In this document: in pieces, positions 49,098-58,533 of the stretch
Position numbering within the stretch: the first letter of the stretch is position 1
Layout: each line of letters begins with the position of its first letter
Virus record (IMG/VR): IMGVR_UViG_3300023179_009503
Coordinates: 10,615 to 74,614 of that record
From: a virus
DNA: 64,000 nucleotides
Strand: one strand, 5' to 3'
Translations under genes and position numbers: made by a program
Notes under the pieces: model-generated
What the model was told of the DNA's origin: nothing
The model's input: the letters and a program-made list of their open reading frames with translations, nothing else
The model's database searches: none

Positions 49098-51935
49098 ATG
49101 AATTATCCCAAATACTATGGTAATTATCTAGGTATAGTCGTACAAAATAATGATCCACTTAAAAGAGGTAGGGTAAAAGTCTTTGTACCGCATATTTCGC
49201 CGACTGTTTATAAAAAATGGAATGAAGTTTCTAAAGATAAAAAGTTTAGATTTATAGGTGCAAATGTTTGCAGTGATATAACAGAAATTCTAGAAGATTT
49301 AAAATTAATTTTACCATGGGCTGAAATGGCTGCACCTTTAGCAGGTGAAAGCGCTAGCGGTAGATTTAATGCTTTTTTAAACGCTTCAACTATTAGTGAT
49401 AGTAGTAATTTCGAAACTGCTTTTGTTAATTTAAGTTCTTGTGAACCAAATCAAGAAGAAGTGTCCGAAGATACACAAAATGTAGATAATATAGGTGAGA
49501 AACCCGCTAACATATATGATATTTCGTATTTTAAATTAAAAGATGCATTTAGTAATCCTGCAGAAGTTAATGCCAATACGGCTAATGAATTTTCTTTTTG
49601 CTATAAACCTGAAGCATATAGTAATTGTGCTAAGGGAGCATTTCCTCTGCTTAGAGTTGGTGCGCATGTATGGGTATTTTTTAATGACGGAGATCCGCTC
49701 AAACCAGTAGTATTTGCCGCATCTTTTGGAAGTGAGGATTGGAAAGGCATACATGACATAATTGATGATGATGTTGGTAGTAATGAGCCTGATGAAGGTA
49801 TGGATTACCCAGGGACATATGAAAATGTCGCTAAAACAGAAAATGAAAATGAAGATATTAATACACAGACTTATCGAAATAAGTATGTCATCAATCAAAA
49901 AGGCGGTACAATAGCATTCGTTAACACAGATAACAAAGAAGTTTTAAAATTGACTCATTATTCAGGGTCTTTTAAAGAGTTTAATAACAAAGTAAATATT
50001 GAATTAGCTACAGGTAACGATCAGAAATTAGTTTTAAGAAATCAATTTTTAACAGTAAGAGGAAGTAGAAGTGAGTTTACAGAGCTAGATTATGATAGTA
50101 TAGTTCGAGGTGACTTTTATAAAAAAATAGGTCTGCTCAATACAGACGTACATGAACAATGGAAAGAAAAGGTTTCTCTCATTAATCAGATTAAAACTTT
50201 ATTTAATATTGATAGAGCTAGCGGAGGAAATTATGATGTATGTCCATCTTGTAACAAGCCTATAGATAAAAGATTTTTAATTAATTCTTATGTTGAAGAA
50301 GGTAATAACCAACAATTTTTGTTTGATATTATGAACGCTACATCTTCTTCCAGTAAAGCTAATAGCGCTTGGAGCAAAGGGCTTACCCCTTCTGGGTTAG
50401 TTGAAAATATTAAAGTCGGGCCTAAAGGGCAACCAGTCTTAAAAGATCCTACAGAAACTATTGATGGTACAGCAGATGGCAGCTCTTTCTTTCCTCCCCC
50501 TGGTAATGCATTTGGCTCGACTTGTAAAACTTGTGGTGGATCAGGAAATAGTCCTAGTTCTGCGGGTGGCAGTTTTTCAAAAACACCAGAAAAATCACAA
50601 ATACCAGATTTAATTAAAGGAAAAATAGGAGAGCTTACAGAATTAGAAAAACAAATGGGGCTAGGTGGAAGTGAGATTATTGAAATAACAAAAAATAAAA
50701 TTGAAACTATTGGTATGACTATGAATGATTTTTCTCCTTTAAGAGTCGATCCTGAAGGTAGATTACTAATATCAGAAGTCGCAGTATCTAAATACGGTGC
50801 ATATACAGCAAGAAAACCCTCTCCATATTTTGAAAAAGTTCAAGTTGATGATCTACCTGGCGGCTCATACACATTAAACGTATGCAACAAATATAATGTA
50901 ATGGTTGGTGCAGGGGGACTGAACTTAAAAAGCTTTGGTATTGTTAATATTGCTGGTGCTATGACTAATATAACAGGCATGCAAGTTAATATAGGTAGTC
51001 AGCATGAAATTAATATTGATGGTGGACAGCGACTGAATTTAATTGCTGATACTGTAAGCGTCTCGCAAAGAGAAAATAAGCAAGTTGTTGTAGGTGGGTC
51101 GCTAGGTGTTACTCATAATGTTACGATTGAAGGCGGTCTTCATGTAGAAGGAGAGCTTTCCTGTAACCACTTAACTGTGCCTATGCAAGCACTAGAAACC
51201 GGAGAAGCAAATGTATATGCATCTCCAAATACAGATGCACAAAATAAAAACGGTTATGTTATAGGGTTTGCTGTTCCAATGTCTAATTACGCCACAGTTA
51301 ATGATGCAAAAAATAAAACGTATAAAGAAGGACAGCCTAAAGATACCGGTGAGCCGTATTTAGGTTTTACAGATGCATCTGTAGTCGCAGGTCGTATTAA
51401 GAAAAAGACAAAAATAGGATATCTCAAGAGAGACGAGGTTATAGGCTATATTGACCCTACTGATTATAATAAAATATTTGCACCGGATGTAGGCGGCCCG
51501 TGTTATGGGAGCCAGCGCATACCGATTTACGCCACTAAAAATGTTAATACATTAGAGGATGTTCCTGTCTTAGCTTCTGATGTCGGCGAAGAAGCTGATG
51601 CTAAAGATATTCCGATTTATGGGTCCGGACCCGGTGATGATGCAGATCTTCGAAATGGTACGGTTCGAGCTAGTATTAAAGGATCTGATGCAGGAACAGG
51701 CGGAAAAGACCCAGAAAAAATGCCATTTATTGTATACGGCTCTGGCGCAGATCCGGATTCTATTTTAAGCTATCCTCATACACATACATATCAAACACTT
51801 GCTGTTGATCTAAAGAAAGCGCAGTATGAAGTAAGACAAGAGGTAATCGATCGAGGCGACGCGCGCGGAATGGCTAAGCTGCCTACAAATGCTCCTCAAG
51901 GTGATAACCGTAGTATTAATTCAATTGAAGGTTAG
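49098..51935 (+). CDS. gp5: Baseplate hub/central spike protein (gp5/VgrG-like)
   Basis: OB-fold GIVVQNNDPLKRGRVKV...LPWA...VWVFF..GD...PV, HYSGS..E, beta-helix region, C-terminal HTH (His-Thr-His); no lysozyme domain seen. Confidence 0.8.
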   Translation: MNYPKYYGNYLGIVVQNNDPLKRGRVKVFVPHISPTVYKKWNEVSKDKKFRFIGANVCSDITEILEDLKLILPWAEMAAPLAGESASGRFNAFLNASTISDSSNFETAFVNLSSCEPNQEEVSEDTQNVDNIGEKPANIYDISYFKLKDAFSNPAEVNANTANEFSFCYKPEAYSNCAKGAFPLLRVGAHVWVFFNDGDPLKPVVFAASFGSEDWKGIHDIIDDDVGSNEPDEGMDYPGTYENVAKTENENEDINTQTYRNKYVINQKGGTIAFVNTDNKEVLKLTHYSGSFKEFNNKVNIELATGNDQKLVLRNQFLTVRGSRSEFTELDYDSIVRGDFYKKIGLLNTDVHEQWKEKVSLINQIKTLFNIDRASGGNYDVCPSCNKPIDKRFLINSYVEEGNNQQFLFDIMNATSSSSKANSAWSKGLTPSGLVENIKVGPKGQPVLKDPTETIDGTADGSSFFPPPGNAFGSTCKTCGGSGNSPSSAGGSFSKTPEKSQIPDLIKGKIGELTELEKQMGLGGSEIIEITKNKIETIGMTMNDFSPLRVDPEGRLLISEVAVSKYGAYTARKPSPYFEKVQVDDLPGGSYTLNVCNKYNVMVGAGGLNLKSFGIVNIAGAMTNITGMQVNIGSQHEINIDGGQRLNLIADTVSVSQRENKQVVVGGSLGVTHNVTIEGGLHVEGELSCNHLTVPMQALETGEANVYASPNTDAQNKNGYVIGFAVPMSNYATVNDAKNKTYKEGQPKDTGEPYLGFTDASVVAGRIKKKTKIGYLKRDEVIGYIDPTDYNKIFAPDVGGPCYGSQRIPIYATKNVNTLEDVPVLASDVGEEADAKDIPIYGSGPGDDADLRNGTVRASIKGSDAGTGGKDPEKMPFIVYGSGADPDSILSYPHTHTYQTLAVDLKKAQYEVRQEVIDRGDARGMAKLPTNAPQGDNRSINSIEG

Positions 51936-52126
51936 TTTTTATTTTTCCAGTCAACTCTATGTTTTATATTCCAGTCTAATAAAGCACGTTCGAACCCTAC
52001 ATCTTTACCTTCTTTTTCAGACATAAACCATTTATGTCGTAAGATTTCTTCGCGTTCTTTAAAAAATTCTTTATAAAGATTAGAATTTCTTAAAATAGTA
52101 TCTGAAGACGACAGGGAGCTCGTCAT
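51932..52126 (-). CDS. DUF4032-like small protein
   Basis: EREEILRHKWFMSEKEGKDVGFERALLDW. Confidence 0.75.
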   Translation of the reverse strand: MTSSLSSSDTILRNSNLYKEFFKEREEILRHKWFMSEKEGKDVGFERALLDWNIKHRVDWKNKN

Positions 52127-52150
52127 ATTATTATTTATTTAATAAAGTAT

Positions 52151-52218
52151 AAAAAACACTAGTCACCTCAAAGGTGCCCACCGTCCCACCCCTAGTGCAT
52201 ATATGCTTTGCTCCTTCT
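52151..52218 (-). ncRNA. Candidate late small structured RNA
   Basis: TATAAATA-N5 start, closing stem CACUAG/CUAGUG, inner hairpin, 15-nt G-rich bulge, U6 tail. Confidence 0.4.
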
Positions 52219-52231
52219 AAATTTATTTATA

Positions 52232-52456
52232 TTACTCTAACAGCTTTTTTTTCAAAGAATTAAAAATTTCTTTTTTTTCGTCTAATGCTTGCGTTTGTAA
52301 AACATCAATCATTTTTAATATAACATTTAATCTTAGCATTTTTAAATACTGAAACTTAGCACTAATGTTAATCGGCTCAAACATTTTTTCACAAATCAAA
52401 AATAATATAGAAAGCTCATCATCATTAAGAGATCTTAATGTTTGCTCGTAGATCAT
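52232..52456 (-). CDS. Hypothetical protein
   Basis: 74-aa ORF with ATGA overlap with nrdB. Confidence 0.65.
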   Translation of the reverse strand: MIYEQTLRSLNDDELSILFLICEKMFEPINISAKFQYLKMLRLNVILKMIDVLQTQALDEKKEIFNSLKKKLLE

Positions 52457-53517
52457 AATTTTATATCTAAAAATGATTCTTCTGTTATATTAGTATCGCG
52501 TGCGCCTATTTTATAGGAAGAAATCTCTGTCTCTTGAGGCGCAACCTGAACTTTGCTACTATCTAAATAACTATCCAGCCACCCAGATATAGGATTTTCT
52601 TTTTGATTATATATTTTCTTGTAACCTAAGGATCTTAATCGATTATCACAAAGCCACTTTGCATAACCGCCTAATACATCTATATTAAGCCCTAATAATG
52701 ACCCTTTACTAAACAAAAATTCTGCCCACTCTATTTCATTCTTAACAGCTTGCTCATATATAGCATATATTTTATCTTCACTCTTTTTTACTATAGAAGT
52801 AAATCCTTCTTTTTCTTCGTCGCGCAAAATTTTAAGTAAATTTTGTGTTATAGCAAAATGTTGAGATTCATCTCTTTGAATAAATTTTATAATCTTTGCA
52901 TTGCCTTCCATCTTACCCCGATATCCAAAATAAAATGAGCATGCAAAGCTCACATAAAAAACCAGCCCTTCCATTACATTAACTGACAAAATACAATCAA
53001 ATATTTTCTGCTTTAAATCTTTTCTATCTTCATCACCAAGAATTTTATCATAATTATTTCTAATTAATTCTGCTCTACGAACAATTTCTTTATCTTCCAT
53101 TATGCTATCAAAAAAAGCAGAAGCATCAGGGTGTACATTATTTAAAAGATAAGAATAGCTATAACTATGTATACCTTCAAAACGTTGCCAAGTATTCATG
53201 CATATCTCTAATTCTGGATTTGAAACATAGTCTTTTAAGGAATGTATAGACCTAGAGAGCATGCTATCCCCTAATGTTTGAAATCTCAAGTTTTGATCAA
53301 AAACAAATCTTTCTTCTTTAGAAAGCTCTTTATAATCACTCCTATCTTTACCTAGCGCTATTTCATGAGGCCACCAAAAAAACTCTTCTTGTTTTTTAAA
53401 TAGTTCAAAGAAAATCGGGTATTTAAATTTGTCATATCTCTGTAAATTCAAATCTTCACCAAAAAAAAGCGGCTGCTTTGTATGGTCAATTTGCTTTAAA
53501 TTTAAAACAGATTTCAT
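52453..53517 (-). CDS. nrdB: Ribonucleotide reductase class Ia beta subunit
   Basis: FFWWPHEI, EGIHSYSY, EGLVFYVSFA, RDESQH, QVAPQETEISSY. Confidence 0.96.
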   Translation of the reverse strand: MKSVLNLKQIDHTKQPLFFGEDLNLQRYDKFKYPIFFELFKKQEEFFWWPHEIALGKDRSDYKELSKEERFVFDQNLRFQTLGDSMLSRSIHSLKDYVSNPELEICMNTWQRFEGIHSYSYSYLLNNVHPDASAFFDSIMEDKEIVRRAELIRNNYDKILGDEDRKDLKQKIFDCILSVNVMEGLVFYVSFACSFYFGYRGKMEGNAKIIKFIQRDESQHFAITQNLLKILRDEEKEGFTSIVKKSEDKIYAIYEQAVKNEIEWAEFLFSKGSLLGLNIDVLGGYAKWLCDNRLRSLGYKKIYNQKENPISGWLDSYLDSSKVQVAPQETEISSYKIGARDTNITEESFLDIKL

Positions 53518-53526
53518 AAAAGATTA

Positions 53527-55779
53527 TTATAGCTTACATGCACCACTAGAGCAATCATGTTCTTTTTGAGATTGCTCTTTATCACCGTCATCAGTATTGT
53601 TGTAATATAAACTCATAAGCCCCATACTATACGCATACATTATTTCTTTCATTACCTTTGCATCTGGCAGTACATTATTCTCATAATGATTATAATTATA
53701 ATATAGATTAGTTGATATTGCCATGTCAATATATTTTTGCAAGACGGCATTAAGGTGAATAATACCGGTATTATCTTTTAACTCATAAGCAAATTCATAA
53801 TTTTCATGATACTTACCAATACCCGGGACAAGCACTGGTAATTTACCCATCTTAGAGGTTTTAAATGTGACTAAAGAGCGAACAGGCTCAACACCATTTG
53901 TTGAACTTTGAATTACAGAACTGCTCTCGCAGGGCATACAGCAAGAAAGAGTTGAATGCCTTAATCCATGCTCTTTGATTTGATCTCTAAGTTTATCCCA
54001 ATCTAAGCTAAGCTTACGCTTTACTATTTCATCAACTTTCTTTTTGTAGGTGTCAATTGATAAAATACCTTTTGAATATTTTGTTCTATCAAACTTCTCA
54101 CACTTACCTTTTTCTTTGGCAAGATTTAAACTTGATAAAAGAAGATAATATTGAAAATGCTCCATGTACTCATCAACCAAACTTAAAGCTTGCTTTGAAT
54201 TATATGATACATTATTTTTAGCTAAAAATGCTGCAAGATTGGTAATTCCAATTCCTAGGCTCCTTCTCTTTTTTGCAAAATTTTCTGCAGCTTTATTAAA
54301 GTACGCTTGTATATCTATAATCTCTTCTAAAAACCTTACTGCAAGATCAGTAGTTTTCTCTAAATCTTTCCAATCTTTTATTTCAATCATATTAATAGCA
54401 GAAAGAATGCACATACCTATCTCTGCATCAGGATCGTGATAGTCTTTTAACGGTATAGTGGGATGAATAACTTCTGTGCAAAGATTGCTCATTGTGACTT
54501 TATCTAGCCAAGGCGTGTGTTCATTAGCAGTATCAACATTAAGAATATAAATTCTACCAGTTTCGACCCGTTCTTTAACAATTAATGAAAATAGCTTTCT
54601 TGCGGAAATTTTCTTCTTAATTTTTATTTTTTTGTCTAGCTCACATTCTTCATATATTTTATTAAATTTTGACGTTCCCCAAGCTTCATATAGATGAGGC
54701 ACTTCATGTGGACTAAATAAAGTAACATCATCATTCTTTATAACACGATCATAGAACAATCGCGACATACCTACAGTGTAATCTAATTTTCTAACCCTAT
54801 TATCATCTGTACCTGCATTGTTTTTTAATACAACAACATCATCAATTTCATAGTGCCACCATTGAATATTGGTTGTTGCTGATCCGCCCCTTAATCCGTT
54901 TTGTTGCCAAGCTTTAACTGAAGCTTCAAATATCTTTAAAAAGGGTATAACCCCGGTATGAACAACCTCTCCATTATTTACCGAAGAACCGATAGCTCTT
55001 ATTTTTGAAATATCTATTCCAATACCGCAACGACTAGCTGTTGCAATAGACACTGCAGTGCCCGATGCAGTAATTGACTCTTTATTATCATCTACTCCTA
55101 TCAAACAGCAACTTGCATAACTTTTAGAATTTGTCCTCACTCCAGCCATTATGGGAGTGGGTAAATTTATTTTATGTTTTGATATCGCATTATAAAACCG
55201 CCTTACATATTCTAATCTTGTATCAGCAGGGTAATTTATAAATGCATAAGCAGAAATTAATATATAAGCAAATTGCGGGGTCTCAAAAATTTTATTTGTT
55301 ACTCTATTCTTAATAAGATATTTGTCACATAATTGCTTTATTCCGGAGTAAGTAAAATTAAAATCGCGATCATGATCAATAAATTCTCCTATTTTATTAA
55401 TTTCATCTTCAGTATATTTTTGAAGAATTTGTTCGTCATAAACCTTATTCCTTATACCATGATAAATTACGTCAATTAATCTAGGTGCGTGCTTACCGCC
55501 CCAGACATCTTTTCTTAATTGATAATTTAAAAGCCTACTAGCAACAAATTGATAATTTGGTTTATCAATAGAAATTAAATTTGCTGCCGATTCAATTAAA
55601 ACTTGATGTATTTCTCTAGTAGAAATATTTTCTACAATATTTAACTTAGCATTAATTTCTATTTCTGATAAGCTTACTCCAGAAATATTTTCTATCGACC
55701 AATTAATAACTTTATGAATTTTATCTATATTAAATTTTTCTTGCTTTCCATCCCTCTTTTTAACCATTATAGCACTCAT
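53527..55779 (-). CDS. nrdA: Ribonucleotide reductase class Ia alpha subunit
   Basis: ATP cone, PTPIMAG, SCCL, SNLCTE, MPCESSS, C-terminal CSSGAC. Confidence 0.97.
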   Translation of the reverse strand: MSAIMVKKRDGKQEKFNIDKIHKVINWSIENISGVSLSEIEINAKLNIVENISTREIHQVLIESAANLISIDKPNYQFVASRLLNYQLRKDVWGGKHAPRLIDVIYHGIRNKVYDEQILQKYTEDEINKIGEFIDHDRDFNFTYSGIKQLCDKYLIKNRVTNKIFETPQFAYILISAYAFINYPADTRLEYVRRFYNAISKHKINLPTPIMAGVRTNSKSYASCCLIGVDDNKESITASGTAVSIATASRCGIGIDISKIRAIGSSVNNGEVVHTGVIPFLKIFEASVKAWQQNGLRGGSATTNIQWWHYEIDDVVVLKNNAGTDDNRVRKLDYTVGMSRLFYDRVIKNDDVTLFSPHEVPHLYEAWGTSKFNKIYEECELDKKIKIKKKISARKLFSLIVKERVETGRIYILNVDTANEHTPWLDKVTMSNLCTEVIHPTIPLKDYHDPDAEIGMCILSAINMIEIKDWKDLEKTTDLAVRFLEEIIDIQAYFNKAAENFAKKRRSLGIGITNLAAFLAKNNVSYNSKQALSLVDEYMEHFQYYLLLSSLNLAKEKGKCEKFDRTKYSKGILSIDTYKKKVDEIVKRKLSLDWDKLRDQIKEHGLRHSTLSCCMPCESSSVIQSSTNGVEPVRSLVTFKTSKMGKLPVLVPGIGKYHENYEFAYELKDNTGIIHLNAVLQKYIDMAISTNLYYNYNHYENNVLPDAKVMKEIMYAYSMGLMSLYYNNTDDGDKEQSQKEHDCSSGACKL

Positions 55780-55826
55780 TTTTTTGTAAAAATAAAAAAA
55801 TATTTATCTAATCTTTTCTAAAAAAA

Positions 55827-56411
55827 TTAAGGATTTGTATACTTTTTTACCACTGCATGTAAAAAATTATTTGTTGTGTTTTTATATATATTTTTATTGC
55901 TTAATACATAAATAACAAAATAACCTAGTGATTGAAATTTATTTAATCCTGTACAATCTAAAACCTTGCTGTATAATTCTTCTTGTGTAATTTTTGAATC
56001 AGTAAAATATTCTAAATGCTCACTATCTATAGGGTATACACCTTTTCTTAGATAAGCAAAACAATTATTACAGCTTAAATTATATTCATTAAGTGTTTCA
56101 ACATAAAAAGTTTTATCGATTTTTTCTGATAAATGGGTCCCTAATGATTCAAGTTTTGTTAGCAGATAATTAAACTTTGGATTAATATTAATTTTTATTC
56201 CTCTAAAAAACTTAGGCATTACTGTCTCACCAGGTATAAGATGAATAATATCCTTAGGATTATATTTTTCGTTAATCTTTAGCCTCTTTTGATCATATAA
56301 ATTTTTTAATTGAAAACCAAGTAAACAGTAAGGATAATCCGCATCACTTAAATAAGAAAATGTATCTATATTTAAAGGCTCATCTACAAGATTAACGTCT
56401 AACACTGTCAT
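55827..56411 (-). CDS. Hypothetical protein
   Basis: 194-aa ORF; TTGATA-N16-TATAAT-N6-ATG. Confidence 0.7.
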   Translation of the reverse strand: MTVLDVNLVDEPLNIDTFSYLSDADYPYCLLGFQLKNLYDQKRLKINEKYNPKDIIHLIPGETVMPKFFRGIKININPKFNYLLTKLESLGTHLSEKIDKTFYVETLNEYNLSCNNCFAYLRKGVYPIDSEHLEYFTDSKITQEELYSKVLDCTGLNKFQSLGYFVIYVLSNKNIYKNTTNNFLHAVVKKYTNP

Positions 56412-56441
56412 ATCTCCATTATATGAACAAAGATATCTATA

Positions 56442-56828
56442 TCAACGTATTATCAGTTCTTTTAATAAAATAACAAAAATAGAGGTTAAAGTTGCAAGTA
56501 AGGAGGTAGTAATAGCTGTTTTAAAATTCCACATCCCTTCGGTCTCGGTTTTGCGTTTACTAAACTCTGTAGTAATTTGACCAGATAAATTATTAAATTT
56601 TTCTGTGACAACATCAGCAATATGGGAAAATTTTAATTGAATTTCTTTTTCTAATGAATTGATTCTTTGATCGAGGTTTTCTTCCAACGATTTAATTCTA
56701 TGGTCTAAACTTGTTAATTGCGTTACGAGTGAAGGTTTACCATTACCATGATAAACAGTCTTAAAAACCGTATCAACGTCTTGTTGTAGCTTTTTTATAT
56801 GCGAAACTGATGGAGATTTTTTTGCCAT
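56442..56828 (-). CDS. Coiled-coil protein with C-terminal TM helix (holin/lysis-like candidate)
   Basis: GNGKPSL, coiled coil, ITTSLLATLTSIFVILL. Confidence 0.6.
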   Translation of the reverse strand: MAKKSPSVSHIKKLQQDVDTVFKTVYHGNGKPSLVTQLTSLDHRIKSLEENLDQRINSLEKEIQLKFSHIADVVTEKFNNLSGQITTEFSKRKTETEGMWNFKTAITTSLLATLTSIFVILLKELIIR

Positions 56829-57061
56829 TAGTTAACTTGAAAAGAATACGTAAGAATACCTTTCGGTAAACTGTATACCTTACCCCTCATTTTACCTGAT
56901 GAATCTTTTGTAACGACAGTCATCTTATCTTGTGTAACTACTGGTCCATTAACGATTTCAACAGATCCTAAATTTAAAGAATAAGTCTTAATTCCCTTTT
57001 TTACATCAAAAACGTTTATTGTGTTTTTACCTGCTAAAACAGCAGAATAAAGCTTAGTCAT
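56828..57061 (-). CDS. Hypothetical protein
   Basis: 77-aa ORF; TAAATA-N6-ATG. Confidence 0.65.
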   Translation of the reverse strand: MTKLYSAVLAGKNTINVFDVKKGIKTYSLNLGSVEIVNGPVVTQDKMTVVTKDSSGKMRGKVYSLPKGILTYSFQVN

Positions 57062-57112
57062 ATTAATTATTTATCGTTGGTATTTACCATTTTAGAATAA
57101 ATATATAAAAAT

Positions 57113-58342
57113 ATGGCTGACACCATTACAAAGATCTTGATACGTCAAGGTACCGATATTCAGCGCCGTACGGCTAATTTAACGGGTGTTGTATTTAGTA
57201 GCGGCGAGCCTGGTTATTGCGTCGATACTAAGCGCTTGTATATCGGCGATGGTAGCACCTCAGGTGGTAACGCTATTGGCATTCAAAATCTTGGAACTTT
57301 AGATAATTTGTTCGGAAATTACCAAAATGGACTATCTTATGAAGCTATTACAACTATTTTAAATAAAGGCGCAGCTACTGGCGATATTGTTTATGATGAA
57401 ACGACAAGAGGTCTTTATGCATTAACTAGCGTCAATACATTTCCTCCGCTTTCTTCAGAGTTTGTAAAATTCGATTTTGTTACACTTATCAACGACACTC
57501 AGTTAGAGTATAATAGTCTAGACCAATTGCAGATAAAAGATCAGGGTATTGGACCAAGACAGCTATCATTTGCTGTAGTAGATAATTATACAATTGGTAA
57601 ACCAGCGCTAAACGCACCAATTGGACTGCTGGAAGACTCAGTTGAAAATAGATTTCTACAAAATGTTCCCGGAAATACGTTTAAGTGTAACTATACAAAC
57701 GCGAGCAATAACCCGCAAGATTTATTTGTAAGGCCTAGCACTGTTTTAGGTAGAACTGCTACCTCAAATTTAACATGCTTTTCATTCTCTACAATTCTAC
57801 AAGAAGCTACATTTACAGCACAAAATGGTATAACTATTAATCAATCTGTTAACCCACCTGTATTTTCTTTAGACGCGGCAAAATTTACAGTTGATCAACC
57901 TGGTAGTAGCACCCTGGGTACAATTACATTAAGAAGACCAACTACTGTATCCGGAAATCTTACTGTAAATGGTACCGGCACCTTTACACAAACACTAAGG
58001 TGTAACCAAGACGTTATAGCGTTTTTTAGTTCAGATAGAGACTTAAAAGAAAATCTTAAACCATTAAAAAGCAGTCTAGATACTGTATTGAAAATTACTG
58101 GTTATTCTTTTGATTGGAAAAATGTAGCGTCCGATTATCCTCAATATGCTCATTTACAAGGAAGCGATATTGGTCTTGTTGCACAAGAAGTAGAGGCCGT
58201 TATTCCAGAAGCAGTCGAAACCAGAGAAGATGGGTTTAAGGGTATTAGTTATGTAAAGCTTATTCCCTATTTAGTTGAAAGTATAAAAGAGCTTAAAAAA
58301 GAAATAGATTTTTTAAAACTTCATAATAAATTACGCGGATGA
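57113..58342 (+). CDS. Tail fibre protein with C-terminal intramolecular chaperone (peptidase S74)
   Basis: N-terminal KILIRQG...GEPGY..DTKRLYIGDG; C-terminal SSDRDLKEN...GLVAQEVE.V.PEAV...Y..L...LVESIKEL. Confidence 0.88.
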   Translation: MADTITKILIRQGTDIQRRTANLTGVVFSSGEPGYCVDTKRLYIGDGSTSGGNAIGIQNLGTLDNLFGNYQNGLSYEAITTILNKGAATGDIVYDETTRGLYALTSVNTFPPLSSEFVKFDFVTLINDTQLEYNSLDQLQIKDQGIGPRQLSFAVVDNYTIGKPALNAPIGLLEDSVENRFLQNVPGNTFKCNYTNASNNPQDLFVRPSTVLGRTATSNLTCFSFSTILQEATFTAQNGITINQSVNPPVFSLDAAKFTVDQPGSSTLGTITLRRPTTVSGNLTVNGTGTFTQTLRCNQDVIAFFSSDRDLKENLKPLKSSLDTVLKITGYSFDWKNVASDYPQYAHLQGSDIGLVAQEVEAVIPEAVETREDGFKGISYVKLIPYLVESIKELKKEIDFLKLHNKLRG

Positions 58343-58533
58343 AATTTGATCAAGAATTAAAAAAAATCTTCGAAGATTTTAATATTTACCCTCAGCATCA
58401 AACTGCACCAAGTACAGGTCCAGATATAGGAATGACATCAGGAGATATTCAAAATACATTTCCTAGTAAACAAAAAACAGTAAATTTAAAATTACCTAAA
58501 AAAATTAAGAAGAAGCTAAAAAAAGACCGATAA
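58339..58533 (+). CDS. Small protein, propeptide-like N-terminus and Lys-rich tail
   Basis: MKFDQELKKIFE|D; ATGA overlap. Confidence 0.6.
   Translation: MKFDQELKKIFEDFNIYPQHQTAPSTGPDIGMTSGDIQNTFPSKQKTVNLKLPKKIKKKLKKDR

Noticed and set aside
52170-52218. c-di-GMP-I riboswitch (GCAAA...GGGACG resemblance)
   Set aside because: No GNRA loop/receptor or P1 architecture, and the downstream gene has its own promoter.
674-54439. Numerous short ORFs antisense or off-frame to long genes (e.g. 674, 2809, 4331, 6203, 24288, 43505, 54164)
   Set aside because: Fully nested in well-supported genes, with no motifs or promoter signals.
5728-55779. Inteins or introns in gp43, uvsX, nrdA and nrdB
   Set aside because: Protein lengths are ordinary and motifs are contiguous.
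58339-58533. Second capsid N-arm mimic (GDIQNTFPS versus YGNQFPS)
   Set aside because: Same overall layout as the 15069 protein (leader, Gly/Pro segment, Lys tail) but only an N-x-FPS match, too short to support.
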